64,000 nucleotides of DNA, from positions 338,334,001-338,398,000 of the forward strand of contig OZ024740.1 in assembly GCA_964016885.1 (NCBI GenBank), in the 5' to 3' direction. A program made the translations under genes and the position numbers. The notes beneath the pieces were generated by a model. It was not told the origin of the DNA. It ran no database searches and saw nothing but the letters and a program-made list of their open reading frames with translations. This DNA is from Eledone cirrhosa (lineage: Eukaryota). Every line of letters begins with the position of its first letter. The stretch's first letter is position 1. Positions 13,660 through 27,892 of the stretch are shown here, piece after piece.

Positions 13660-14330
13660 ATTATATATATATATATAAATATATATATTCAATTATATAT
13701 ACATATATTTAATTATATATATATTATATATATATATATACATTCATTTATTTGTGTGTTGAATATTATAGAATTTTATTGAGTCTACTTTCAAATCGAA
13801 GTTTTTTTTATCCTTTTATGTATTTGATTACATTATATATTTGAAAATATTGATACATACATATAAATACATAAATACTTATATATATATTTATATATAT
13901 TCATTACATACCTACATACATACATACATAATGGCTACATCTCAGTTTCATGAATTGCCATCCCTTGACCTTTTCTCACACATGGGTAGCATGAACATGA
14001 CTTATTTGCCCTGCCAAGGACTTAGATTCTTTTCTGTATATGCTACAGAAAAATAAAAAAAGGAAAGGCCATGCTCACTCAACACATGTGAAAGCTGTTT
14101 GGATCAATCGATGCCTTGCTTGAAGCTTTTTTTAAGTGAAGAAAGGCCTCACACTGGACAATGGTGACAGTTATCCAAAAAGAAAAACAGGTCAACATCA
14201 TTGGTTGCCATCAAGTTGCAGGTTTTACATCAGAGATTTTCTTCTAGTATGATGTCCTAAGAGGAACTAGTAATCTCTCACTCCCACTGGGATCACCATA
14301 CACTCTAGGTTTGATCACACTCAGTTCCTT

Positions 14331-14431
<101 letters not shown>

Positions 14432-17400
14432 TGATAGGTAGGAATAAATTCCAGTATTGGATTAATACTTTATTGCCACACCCACAGACGTACCCCAAAA
14501 TTATGCAAAGGAGCAATGCCTTTCTTGAGTTTCATCTCAGAGCACAGAGTGTCACAATATATTCTGATAGGCATTATATCCAACATCCTAATAACTTATG
14601 TACAGAATAATATTACAACTCTACATTTTTAAAGTATCTAGTACTTAGTCATCATCATTATCATCATCATTTAACATCTGCTTTCCTTGCTAGTAATGGT
14701 TGGACAGGTCTACAGAGACCAAGTCAATACTGAAGCCGGGATCTATTTATGTGTGTAAATATATGTACCCAGTTTAGAATAGATACTCCATATCCCTGCA
14801 AAACATAAGAGATAACTAAAACGGTTAGAGTTAAGAAGGGAATCATTATCTGCCTTAAAATGAATCCCATAATCAGTATAGAGTTTGTGATGTGGCCTGC
14901 AAAGTTAACCCTTGCTTTAGCAGGGAAAATGGCTTTGTATATTTAAGATGTGATCTACATTTTTATGTGTATGTAATAATGCTATTCCATTGGCATGAGT
15001 AGCTGTTTGAATATCTTGTTTTGATATTCAGATCCAGCACAACTATATTCCATATCTTCATATAATTTTACCAAGCGTTTTATTGCAGTGGTTCAGTATT
15101 TCTTAAGATTTTATTTATATATTTATCTATGTAGATAACTACCATACTATCTATAATTAACTTTAGAACTCTTGAAAGATATGAAGTAAGTGATAGAGGT
15201 CTCTATTCATGTGTCAGCATACTGTTGCCATTTTTGTCGATGGATATTATTATGATTGCTTTTTCAGAATTTTATGGAACTATCCAACATCTAGATAAAT
15301 TTGGAAAAGTAATTTCAAGGGAATAAGAAGAGAGTTAGCTAGAAAGCCATTTACACCTGGAGCTGAATTTTGTACAAAATTTTATAAATTCAACTACACG
15401 CTGTTTGGTCTGGTCTGTGCCAGTTAGGTTGGTATGAGGTGGAATTTGTCTGTTAGAAGAATAACTCTATTATGCTGCCTTTTACTCTATTGCATAAGAA
15501 AAAAATTCTTGGAAAGTTTTCTTGTTAAGAAATGGAGTAATATGTGGAAAATATATCTGCTCTGTAAAAATTGATGTTAAACTCACATAGAATGTTAAAA
15601 TATAAAAATAAAATTGTTGGAAAGATTGATAATGCCGTTGGATATGTAGAAAGTTATCCTGCTTGAAGTTAGAATAATGAAATTTTATTGATATGTATAC
15701 AAGTGCACACACACATGCACACACATACTTATGTATGTGTGTATATTTATATTTGCATATATACATGTATGTTACCTTCTTTTAACTTTAGATCGTATAT
15801 TTACTTATTGTCATACACATATACACACACATACACATAAATATATATATTTGTGTATATATATATATATATACTTATATATATGTGTGTGTGTGTATAT
15901 ATATATATACACATAGATACATACAAATGTGTGTTTGTCTGTGTGTATATATATGTATGTATGTATATATATATATACACATACACACACACATGCATGC
16001 ACATGCAAACACACAATATGTACTCATATTTGATATATGCACAAGTCTATTTGATTCACAGATTTCAGTTAAGTTCTAATATTACGTGACATGAACAATA
16101 TCCCAGAGATAAATTCTCCATTATAAAAGACAACATCATTTTATCACTTTCCTGCAAAATGGTAATGCCAAATGACATAGGTGTCTCTTAGGTAGGTAGC
16201 AGTTCATTCAGAAATGTGTTTAAGATTTGACACAGATATATTGCTTACATATGAATCAAGGGGAAGGGATACTTGACAAATTATAGCTATCTCAATTATA
16301 TAACAAATGATGATGATGATGATGATGATTGATTGATCGATCAGAAGATCATTGATCTTCCAAAATCGAACCAAGGAAACTATCTTTCATTTGGTCTTTC
16401 CCATTGCTGATACTATCTGTTGATTGCATATCCTGATAGAAGTGCCACTCCCTCCTCCCCTTCCAGATCTCAGAGCACATAGAGATGGAATAGAAACCAC
16501 AAAGGGCCCAATCCAATCCAGCACATTAATAGTTCTACCAGTCCATTACCTCTGGATTGGCACTTTATTTTATTGACTCTGAAAGGATAAAAGGCAAATT
16601 GACCTCACCAGGACTTGAACTCAGAGGACAAATATCCGAAATGCATACCACAAAGCCTTCTTTACATTTGACCACCTTATAACTTGTATAAATAAATTTC
16701 TTCGTTCTTATTTTTATATTCTCAGAAATATATCTGAGATAGAAAAACAAGAAAAGTTGGTATATTTATTCTGACTATTTCTACATTTTCTTTAAAAGAC
16801 ACCAGTTCAATAATCAATAGGAATCACCCCAAAATACAGATTGAAAGAAATCAATAACAATTTAGTGAGATTCTGGTGATTTATTGAATAAATAAATATT
16901 TCAGTTTGAATGGTGTTTGTTGAGTGGAGGTATGTATGAATGTAGTTTAACCTAAATGATAGTAGTCTGCACTGTACAGTTTACATGATGAACTGTAGTG
17001 TACTGTACTAACTGTATACTATATGTAATTCACTGTACTGACTCTATAGTATAGTACATATGATGTACTGTATAGTATATCAAATGCACTGTAAATTATA
17101 TATAATGATAAAGTATATATGATGTGGTGTATGACATAGTATGTGTGTGTACTGTACTGCATAGTATATGTATTGTAGAGTACATATGATGCACTGTAAT
17201 GTACCAACTGTAGAATATAGTAATGTACTAACTGTATATTATAGTAATGTACTTATATACTATGTTCTTTACTATAATTTATATGCAGTGGTAGATTTTA
17301 TATGATATATTGTATTATATAGTATGTTTGTTGTACTATGCAGCACTGTCTGTATAGTAATCTACTGTACTATACTGCTCAGTGTCAATAATGTAGGGTA

Positions 17401-18240
17401 CTTCACATTATATATATATATATATATTCATTCTGGCATTTTGGACTGAGTTCAATCCCACCAAGACTAACTTTGCCTTTCATCATTTTGTGGTCAACAA
17501 ATGAAGTGTCAGTGAAGCAGTACATTGACCTACAAACACTATCATTACATATAAATGACAGTAACATACATAGTATATAATAAATAATACATTACATTAC
17601 TTTACTATATAGCTGGTTAATTCCTCCTCTTTTTGCTATCATGCAATCAGTTATAGGACAGGGTAAAGAAAGGAGTATCTATATCAGAGCTTGAATAATC
17701 TTTTTGTTCACTGTGGATATAAAAAGAAAGAAAGATTGATGTATATTGGCAAAGGATATTCATTCACCAATGTGAAAACTGGAAAATCAGTAGTTTAAGA
17801 TCCAAGTCCCTTAAGATAATTGAGGTACAAACATTCCTTTGCCATTGTCACTGTCATAAATACAGTGACCCAGTGATTAGTCACTTGAAAACTTGTAGCC
17901 AACAATACTATTATTCAGAAATTGTAATATATCTAAACAAATGCAATTGATGCTGTTGCAGACACAGAATAAATTGATGCATATATGATGCAATAACACC
18001 TATGCAGCATCAAAAGTTTACACCATATTGCACATGTCATAGCAGCATATCAAAGAAAATATATTTACAACATTGATGCACATTGACATTTACATACATT
18101 TACTGAGACAACATTTTTTAGTGCACTTTTTATCTACAAGTCATTTACAACTGATCTTACAAATGTTACTTTTTGAATATATAGAATACAAAAAATTAGT
18201 GCAAACCTATATATTATTGATATGCTGGTGTGTGTGTGAG

Positions 18241-18490
18241 CTCTACTGGTAACATGTAATCCAGTACAACCCATGCATAGTTGGGTCATCAGTGACTATA
18301 CCGGCACCCCAGCAAGCTTGCTTGGTGAAGAGGGTGATTATGGACACCCTACGGGATAAAAAATTGAGCTCATCAAAGAGCGGAGGAATTCTGGAGAGTC
18401 AACAGCCATCCAATAATTTTTGTGGGGGCAAGGGAAAATCTCAGGAGCATCAACCACCATCCAATAAAGTTTTTTTTAGAGACTCCTAAT
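18241..18490 (+). mobile_element. Dispersed repeat, probable RTE 5' end (decayed)
   Basis: ctactggtaacatgtaa-ccagtacaacc..cttggtga-gagggtgat block also at 46206, 51186 and (-) 61455-61655. Confidence 0.65.
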
Positions 18491-18828
18491 CTTCATTAAG
18501 ACATCTCTCTGGTAGAAGTTCACTCTGATATAAAACCTACGACTTCATTTGCATCCACAAATGTAGACAAGTTCTTTTTAGGCAAATGTATTTGATGTTC
18601 AGAGAGTGGGATTGACCCCATACAAAGCCTTTCCTCACTTAAAAAAGCTTCAAGCACAGGCATCACTTGATATGTGACATTTTTTGTGATGCATGGCATT
18701 GCTGTCCATAGGAAAATCCCTAGTAGGACTAAAAAGCCATGTCCATGATGCCCATGTTTAAACAAAAGTCCCAAAGAGTGGCCTAACTCTAGGCAGGTAA
18801 TACACACACACACATATATATACATATA

Positions 18829-19411
18829 TATAATAACTAGAAATTGATTAACATATATATAAACATGAATAATCACAGGAGATAATTTTTACAAGTGTGT
18901 AACCACACATAGCTAGGTAGGTAACTAAATAAAGTTGACCAGAACTACAAAAATAGATACCTTATAATATAATTAATCTTCCCTGTATATATTCCATTAA
19001 AGAAATATATTTCACCAATTAATCGGATGGTAAACAACGGAAGTGGGGACTTGGATTTTCAATAAGGGACGAAGCTACTATGATGTGTGTATTTCTAGTA
19101 AATACTACACGTGGTGATGGCCAGTTGCAGATTTTGAACTTGAAGTGTAAGCATGGATTGCTGGAACTTCTTCCTTGTTGAAAATCCAAGTCCCCACTTC
19201 CGTGGTTTACCATCCGATTAATTGATGAAATATATTTCTTTAATGGAATATATACAGGGAAGATTAATCATATTATAAGGTATCTATTTTTGTAGTTCTG
19301 GTCAACTTTATTTAGTTACTTACCTAGCTATGTGTGGTTACACACTTGTAAAAATTATCTTCTCTGATTATTCATGTTTATATATATGTTAATCAATTTT
19401 TAGTTATTATA
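18829..19411. repeat. Fold-back with about 246-bp inverted arms and 90-bp spacer
   Basis: 18829-19075 is the reverse complement of 19166-19411 with few mismatches. Confidence 0.95.
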
Positions 19412-19716
19412 AAATGCTCGGACCTACTCGTTAGAATCTTAGAGCTTATTTTCCGGGTGATATGGTGCATGACACCCATAATTTTGATTTAGATTAAATT
19501 CATTTAATTTATCTTAATTTTGTATATATATATATACACAGTTCAAGAGTAACCAATCTTAAAGAGAGAGATGGAGATAGTAGAGGAGATATGAGAGGAA
19601 AGATTGGTGAGTTAGTTAGAAGCCAAAGCGTAAAGGCATGTGCTCAATGTGCAATATGCAGTAGAAAGCAGCTAGGTGGCTGGGTTCATGCAGAGGTTAG
19701 GTGCGCAGAGCTGGAA

Positions 19717-20122
19717 ATATTCATTAGTTAAGCAAAACAAGACCACAAATTTCACAAGGAAGACATTATTAAAAGATTGTCAACATATTTTAGTTTGATG
19801 TAAGGAATGTAGAGAATAATAATAATAATAATAATAATATTAATAATAATAATGTTCGTTTACAATTATTTTAATTTATATTCCTTTGAGTTCCGATGAG
19901 CCACTCTGTTTTTTTAAATATGTTAATTATTTTCAACTGAACCAGATCAATTATGATACATAGTCATCTGATCCAGAAATATTATACGGAGTAGCGAAAC
20001 AATTGTGAACGGACATTTATTATTCTCTACATTCCTTACATCAAACTAAAATATGTTGACAATCTTTTAATAATGTCTTCCTTGTGAAATTTGTGGTCTT
20101 GTTTTGCTTAACTAATGAATAT
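19717..20122. repeat. Fold-back element enclosing a degenerate hammerhead (19890-20010, +)
   Basis: Arms about 19717-19870 and 19997-20122; gtt CCGATGA gccactc...gagtagc GAAAC aatt GTG aac; the left arm reads GTA at the same triplet. Confidence 0.7.
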
Positions 20123-20131
20123 ATATATACA

Positions 20132-20197
<66 letters not shown>

Positions 20198-20404
20198 CCT
20201 TTAAAATACATAACACCTTCGATCTTATAACTTTGCTGTACAGATCTTTCCCTTTCTCTCTTTCTCTCTCTTTCATGTATGGTTCTTCCTCTTTCATTCT
20301 CTTTCATATTTTCTGTCCTCATCTCCATTTATCTATAAATTGAACTTCTCATCAAATACAACCCCAAACTAGCAGTTAGAATATTCTAGAAGCCCCCACC
20401 TGTT

Positions 20405-20469
<65 letters not shown>

Positions 20470-20799
20470 CCTCTTATTTATATATGTTTATATAGCTACA
20501 GGAGACCTAACTAAGTCTATCCCTCATTTCACTCATCCATGGTACTGGCTAAATCAAATTTATGTAAAAAAATTTGTTTATTCTCCAACTGAGTATGTTC
20601 CCTTAAAAAATATTGTTTATGTATATAGACATATATATTCCCTTAAAATCCATAATATAGGGTCATATAACTTTGCTGTATGTCTCTTTCCCTTCTCTCT
20701 CTTTCATGTACAGCTCTTCCTCTTTCTTTCTCTTGCATATTTTTCTGTTCTCGCTCCATTTGCCTATAAATGAACTTTGGGCATATCTTTAGCAGTTCC

Positions 20800-22012
20800 T
20801 GTACGATCGGTGCCTGTGGTCTATCCCTGACCCCCCCCTACCTACACCCATTTACTACCAAATCTTTCTAGACCAATCAATCAACAGTAGCACAAATAAT
20901 TCAATATTTATCACAATAACCACTACTACTACTACTACTACTACTATAGTTGTTATGGATCTGGGTGTTTGTATGGCAAATGGACTACAATGTTGGAGTA
21001 ATTCTAAATATGCATATGAACCCACCATTCGTCTCTGGGCAACCATGCAAACTCTCTTCTATCTCAGACATGGAAAGCCAACACCAATTCACCCCCTACA
21101 CTCCTCCCCAAGTTTTTGGTTTCCTCTCACTCATACAGTGAACTCCAAAACATCAGAACTCCCACCATCAATGTAGACATGATGAAAAGAAGATCAGAAG
21201 ATATTGTAGAGATGCTGGAGCGACAGAAAGTTGATGTGTGTTGTTTACAAGACACTAGATGGAAGGAAACGTCAACTATACTCCTTGTAGGCAAAAAATG
21301 ATGCTACAAACTTTTCTAGATGGGCAATGAGATTGGGCTGGGTGGACAAGTGTTATGTTAGTAGAAAAAGTGCTTAGATAAGGTAATTACTGTAAATAGA
21401 GTGAATGACAGAATCATAAAACTTTCACTAGTATTAAATAGAACAACTGTAACAATTATATCTACATCTCAATTAGGACTGCCAGACGAACAAAAAGATG
21501 AGTTTTACGAATCCCTAATACACACTACTTCCCAAATGACTGACAATGAATTCATAATCATTGTAGGCTATTCTAACGGGCATGTTGGACAACACTGTGA
21601 TGGCTTCTACAGTGTCCATGGAGGTTTGGGCTTTGGCATGAGAAATGAGAAAGGTTTCAGGCTCCTGGAATTCTGCGATACAAATGATCTATCTATCTGT
21701 AGCACAAACTTTAATAAAACCAGACAACCACTTGATCTTGATAAAAACCACCCAGTCTACATTATAAATTTGGTTGGCATTAGTAAGGTCATCCAGCCAT
21801 AGAAACTAGAAACTAGCCATAAAACCAGACAACCACTTAATCACGATAAAAACCACCCAGTCCACATTGTAACTATGGTTGGCATGAGGAAGGGCACACA
21901 GCCATAGAAACTAGGCCCAAATCAGTTCTGTATGAGCAAGACACAGTTGTCTGACGGGACAACTCGTCTAACCCATGCTAGTGTGGAAAATGGATGTTTG
22001 TTGATGATGATA
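20800..22012 (+). mobile_element. Internally deleted, decayed RTE LINE (APE fragment joined to 3' UTR)
   Basis: INVDMMKRRSEDIVEMLERQKVDVCCLQDTRW and NGHVG..RNEKGFRLLEFC, then a duplicated 3' UTR block and a tga tail. Confidence 0.85.
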
Positions 22013-22034
22013 TAACATACACACACACATGCAA

Positions 22035-22065
<31 letters not shown>

Positions 22066-22518
22066 GATATGCACACTGGTTATATTATATAATTTATTTA
22101 TAAATATTAATATTTATCTTTATGTATTTATATATAAAAATACTTAGTGTACAGATTATTTGCATTAATATGCATAAGGTTCTCATTTACATTTGATTTT
22201 CTTTGTTTCTTGACACGGAACATCCGAAAATATAAATACATATTCTTGTATTTCAACTGCTTGGCTAGTAATTTTATCTGAGATTGTGTTGAGACTAAAA
22301 TAATTGCAGCATTGTGTAGCTTTTGCTCCCATACATACACACATTTAATGTTATATCCACTTTTCTTTTATAATTACATTGTATTACATTGTAAAAATAG
22401 TAATACATATAATTAGATATTCTATATATTCAAGTTCTTCACCATATTCCTACACCTTTTTCACTGGTACTCTGCTGCACTGAATATATTTATATTCATA
22501 TATATATGTATATATATA

Positions 22519-22616
<98 letters not shown>

Positions 22617-22617
<1 letters not shown>

Positions 22618-22826
22618 ACGAAAGCAATGTGGTAAGGAACCAGGTGGACCATAACGCACCAAAGTACTCAATACTTAGGGTAGTAGAGTGGGTAATAGGA
22701 ACGAGTAGGACCCCGACGGCTGAGCTCAAGCCGTTTCGACGGCTAATTCTGGACTAAAAAAAATTTTTTTAGTCCAGAATTAGCCCTCAAAACGGCTTGA
22801 GCTCAGCCGTCGGGGTCCTACTCGTT

Positions 22827-22906
<80 letters not shown>

Positions 22907-22912
22907 TATACA

Positions 22913-22950
<38 letters not shown>

Positions 22951-22951
22951 C

Positions 22952-23010
<59 letters not shown>

Positions 23011-23025
23011 CATATATATACATAC

Positions 23026-23060
<35 letters not shown>

Positions 23061-23061
23061 C

Positions 23062-23128
<67 letters not shown>

Positions 23129-23229
23129 TATATATATATATATATATAGGAATGAGTAGGACCCCGACGGCTGAGCTCAAGCCGTTTTGACGGCTAATTC
23201 TGGACTAAAAAAATTTTTTTTAGTCCAGA

Positions 23230-23230
<1 letters not shown>
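22617..23230. repeat. Nested fold-backs of a short repeat carrying the 3' half of a hammerhead
   Basis: + copy 22617-22756, A-run/T-run, - copy 22773-22829, (TA)n, + copy 23148-23207, A-run/T-run, short - copy; relatives at 36540-36710, 37125-37250 and 47875-47970. Confidence 0.85.
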
Positions 23231-23261
<31 letters not shown>

Positions 23262-23270
23262 GTATATATA

Positions 23271-23311
<41 letters not shown>

Positions 23312-23312
23312 G

Positions 23313-23413
<101 letters not shown>

Positions 23414-23619
23414 GTATATATATATGTAGATAAATCTACCAAAATGTACGGTAGTGTCCAATCCGTATGAAGAACTCAATGTAATCCGAATATCATGAAA
23501 AGAGAAGATGTATTCAAAAATTTTTTTTTTACGATGATAAATACAGGAAAACAGAGTCAAGATAAATTAATAAAAATAATGAATAAAAACAAAGAAACAG
23601 TTCCTTATATTAAAAAATT

Positions 23620-23757
23620 CATCATTTTACGATCGTTTCTAGGATATATGTGTGTGTGTTGGTATGTATATCATATAGATCTATGTAAAAAATGTTTACA
23701 AACTATCAGAGGGAATATACATACCTACACATATATATGCTGTCTTCAGAAATAATG
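23620..23757 (-). ncRNA. Type I hammerhead ribozyme with long stem II
   Basis: cattattt CTGAAGA cagcatatat...atatatccta GAAAC gatc GTA aaatgatg; 8-bp stem I, palindromic stem III ACGATCGT, two mismatches near the stem II base. Confidence 0.75.
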
Positions 23758-23765
23758 ATATTTGT

Positions 23766-23862
<97 letters not shown>

Positions 23863-24230
23863 TGTATCAGTACTGTCGGTAATATATGTATATATATGTT
23901 TGTTTGTGAGTGGTGTGTGTGATTGTATGCATGAATGAGTGTTGGTATGTGTGGCGTGTGTGTGGTTGTGGTTTGTATGCATGAGTATTGGTGTGTGAGT
24001 GTTTGTGTGTGCGTTGTGTCAATAAGTTTTTTTTTTTTTACCATGCTGTAAAATGGAGGGGTAGAGAGGGCCCTTGAGTCTAGTAAGACATCCTCTCTAG
24101 TGCTGGTGGCACAAACAAAAGCACCCAGTCCATGCTGTAAAGTGGCGCTGGTGTTAGGAAGGGCATCCAACCAGTGTATCAATGCCAAAACGATTATCAG
24201 CACAGCAACAAATAGGAACAACAACAAAAT

Positions 24231-27200
24231 ATGAAGACGTCGCATCTCAGAGTTGCAACACTTAATGTTGGCACTCTCAGAGGTAGATCTGCTGAAATAG
24301 CGGAGATGCTGGAGAGAAGGCAGGTGGATGTGTGCTGCGTGCAAGAGGTGAGATGGAGAGGTGCCTCTGCGAGACTAGTCGTAGGCAAGCGTCTTAGCTA
24401 TAAGCTATTCTGGGTAGGTAAGGATGATGGGCTAGGGGGAGTAGGCATTTTCCTGGCTGAGAAATGGATCAATAAGACAATAGAGGTAGTTCGAGTTAGT
24501 AATCGAATAATTAAGCTTAGATTAGTTGTAGGTAGGAGACTACTGACAATCATCTCAGTCTATGCTCCCCAAGCAGGCCTAGGCAAAGATGAGAAAGACT
24601 GCTTTTATGAGCAACTTTTGAAAACACAATGACAGAGGACGGAGACATCGTTATGCTAGCAGGAGACTTCAATGGTCATGTTGGACAGCTCCAGGGTGGT
24701 TACACTGGGGTACATGGTGGGCTTGGTTACGGTTCAAGAAATGAAGGAGTGAGACTTCTTGAATTTTGTGATGCGAGTACATTGACTATTTGCAGCACAA
24801 ACTTCCAGAAACCTGCCAATCACCTAATAACCTACAAATCTGGTGAGCACATAAGCCAGATTGACTTCCTGCTAGTTAGGCAGCGGGACAGGCAGATAGT
24901 GTCTAATACCAAGGCATACCCTGGGGAAGAATGTACCCCACAGCATAGGTTAGTTGTTAGTGATATCTCAGTAAGCAAGAGATGGAATGAGACATATAGG
25001 AAGGTGTGGAGAAGAAAGGTCTGGAAGCTAAAAGACCTTTCACTAAAATACAAATTTAGGAAAGCCCTTCAAGATGTATATGACGAAAAAGAAGACGATT
25101 TAGAGACGTATGACATAGATAATAACTGGAAGTTCTTACGTGACAACTTGCTGCAGGCTACTGATAAAACCTGTGGCTGGAGCAGAGCTCCAACCAGACA
25201 GAGAGTGACCTGGTGGTGGAACAGCACAGTAGATAAGGCTATTAGAGACAAAAGACTAGCATGGAAGGCTTGGAAAAAGGGTGGGAGTAGGGAAGAATAT
25301 AGAGCCACTAAGAGAGAAGCTAGACGTCAGGTGTACTTAGCACGCAGGGAGGCAGAGAGTAGGAGGTTTGCCAATGTTCTGCGACGGGAAGATCAGAGGT
25401 GTGCGGTGTTCCACATTGCAAGGCAGTGTGTCAATGCAAATCAGGATGTTGTTGGAGATAAATGTGTCCGGGATGATGCCGGTGTACTTAGTGTCACGAA
25501 TGATCAGAAAAAGGAGGCCTGGAAATGTCATTATGAGAGACTGATGAATGTGGAGAACGAATGGGAGAGAGAGAAATTACCCTCAGTAGATCCGACAGAG
25601 GGACCAGCTATTGAGATTGACGAATATAGGGTCCAAGAGGCGATTAGGGAAATGAAAAATGGTAAGGCGACCGGGAATAGTTGCTGAGATGCTGAAGGCA
25701 TCAGGGGACGTAGGCACTAAACTGGTTGCACGCATCATCAATCAGGCTATATATGGTGGTGTCATACCCAAAGACTGGTGCAGCAGTATTCTCATAAATT
25801 GCTACAAAGGTAAAGGGGATGCTTTGGAGAGCAGCAATTATAGGGGTATAAAACTGATAGATCAGGTTATGAAAGTGGCAGAAAGGATTTTAGCACAACT
25901 AATTAGAGAAAGGGTCAAACTAGATGAGATGCAGTTTGGTTTTGTGCCTGGGAAGAGTACAACAGATGCCCTCTTCTTGGTGAGACAAATGCAAGAGAGG
26001 TTCTTAGAGAAGAATAAGCCACTATACTTAGCCTTTGTTGACCTAGAGAAGGCCTTTGATAGGGTACCCCGTTCTGTCATCTGGTGGTCCCTAAGGAAGC
26101 TAGGTGTTGAGGAATGGCTTGTGAGGACAGTGCAAACTTTGTACAGAGGTACTCTCAGTAAAGTCAGGGTAGGAATGGAGTTTAGTGAGGAATTCCAGAT
26201 ACAAGTAGGAGTACATCAGGGTTCGGTCCTCAGCCCGCTCTTGTTCATTATAGTCCTCCAAGCCATAACAGAGGAGTTTAAGACTGGCTGTCCATGGGAA
26301 CTTCTCTATGCTGACGATCTGGTTCTTATAGCAGAATCAGTAGAGGAGCTAGAGAATAAATTCTGGCTATGGAAACAGCAGTTGGAAGCAAGAGGACTGA
26401 GAGTGAATCTAGCTAAGCCAAAAGTGTTGATGAGTAGAAAAGAGGACAAAACCCTGATTCCGTCAGGGAAATGGCCATGTTCGATATGCAGAAAAGGAAC
26501 TGGCATAAATTCTATAAAATGCACACAATGCAGATCATGGGTACACAAGAGATCTAGCGGGATAGCAGGCAAACTAACAGGTAGGGAGAAATATGTATGC
26601 AGTAGATGTACAGGGAAATTAGACAGTAGAAGTCGCACTGATAGACACATTTTTCAAATGCAAGAGGGCGCTATAGAAGTGGTGGACAGCTTCCGGTACC
26701 TAAGAGATCAGATTAGCATGGGAGGAGGGTGTTCCGAGGCCATAGTATCTAGAATAAGGACGGGTTGGAAGAAGTTTAGGGAGCTGCTTCCTCTGTTGAC
26801 GAAGAAGGGTTTCTCCCTGCGTACGAAAGGCCGGTTGTATGATGCCTGTGTGAGGAGCGCGATGCTGCATGGTAGTGAGACATGGGTAGCAACTGCAGAG
26901 GATATGTGACGGCTGGAGAGAAATGAGGCAAGCATGCTCCGTTGGATGTGCAGTGTAAATGTGCGTGAACGACCAAGCATAAATGTGTTGAGAGAGAAAC
27001 TGTGTCTGAGAGGGATAGAATGTAGTGTACGGGAGAGGAGACTGAGGTGGTATGGATATGTGATGCGCATGGAGGAGGACCGATGGGTGAAGAAGTGCCA
27101 GGAAATGCCAGTTGAAGGAAGACGTGGTAGAGGTAGACCACGAAAAACATGGGCGGAGGTGGTGAGAACAGACCTCAGATCATTGAAGCTCATGGAGGAG

Positions 27201-27238
27201 CTGACGAGGGACCGTGACGAGTGGAGAGATGCTGTGCA
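24231..27238 (+). mobile_element. Nearly complete RTE LINE ORF (APE + RT + PHD), inactivated, 3' UTR missing
   Basis: LRVATLNVGTL, VQEVRW, GDFNGHVG, SQIDF, QHRLV and YADD motifs; frameshifts near 24630 and 25680, stop at 26907; runs into (TA)n after DEWRDAVH. Confidence 0.95.
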
Positions 27239-27526
<288 letters not shown>

Positions 27527-27753
27527 ATTAAGTTAAAGATGTACATCCATATATGTATACTGAAATACTAGTATGTATATGAATACACACACGTATACAT
27601 ATGTAGATGTACCAAGTTTTTTTTTTCTCACTGGTCACTTTACTGTGAGTGGCCAGCTATTCTGTATGTAAACACACAGACAAACCGGTTTTTAGAGTCA
27701 TACTGGTTTTTGAGGAAACACCTTTCCTCTATTCTCCAGAAAGCCAGACAAGG

Positions 27754-27798
27754 AATATTGAACTAGTTTCGTTGTTGTTACAACTCATCAGCAATATT
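27754..27798 (-). ncRNA. Minimal type I hammerhead ribozyme (first of 7 minus-strand copies)
   Basis: aatattg CTGATGA gttg taacaa caac GAAAC ta GTT caatatt; other copies start at 28227, 28700, 29173, 29646, 30118 and 30591. Confidence 0.9.
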
Positions 27799-27857
27799 TA
27801 CCTATCTTCCGGCCTCTCTAGAGAATCGTAAAAGCACATATCGTTATATGCTTTTTC

Positions 27858-27892
27858 TATGAAAATTAGTAGTGGGCAGACTAATTTGCATA
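27858..27892 (-). promoter_or_regulatory. Octamer ATGCAAAT within an inverted repeat (one per unit)
   Basis: Minus strand tatgcaaattag-tctgcccacta-ctaattttcata; conserved in the diverged relative at 54214-54249. Confidence 0.5.

Noticed and set aside
27649-27831. Repeated 60-aa ORF MASYSVCKH... in every array unit
   Set aside because: Starts at GTG, is antisense to the ribozyme, has no recognisable motif and is not conserved in the sister element
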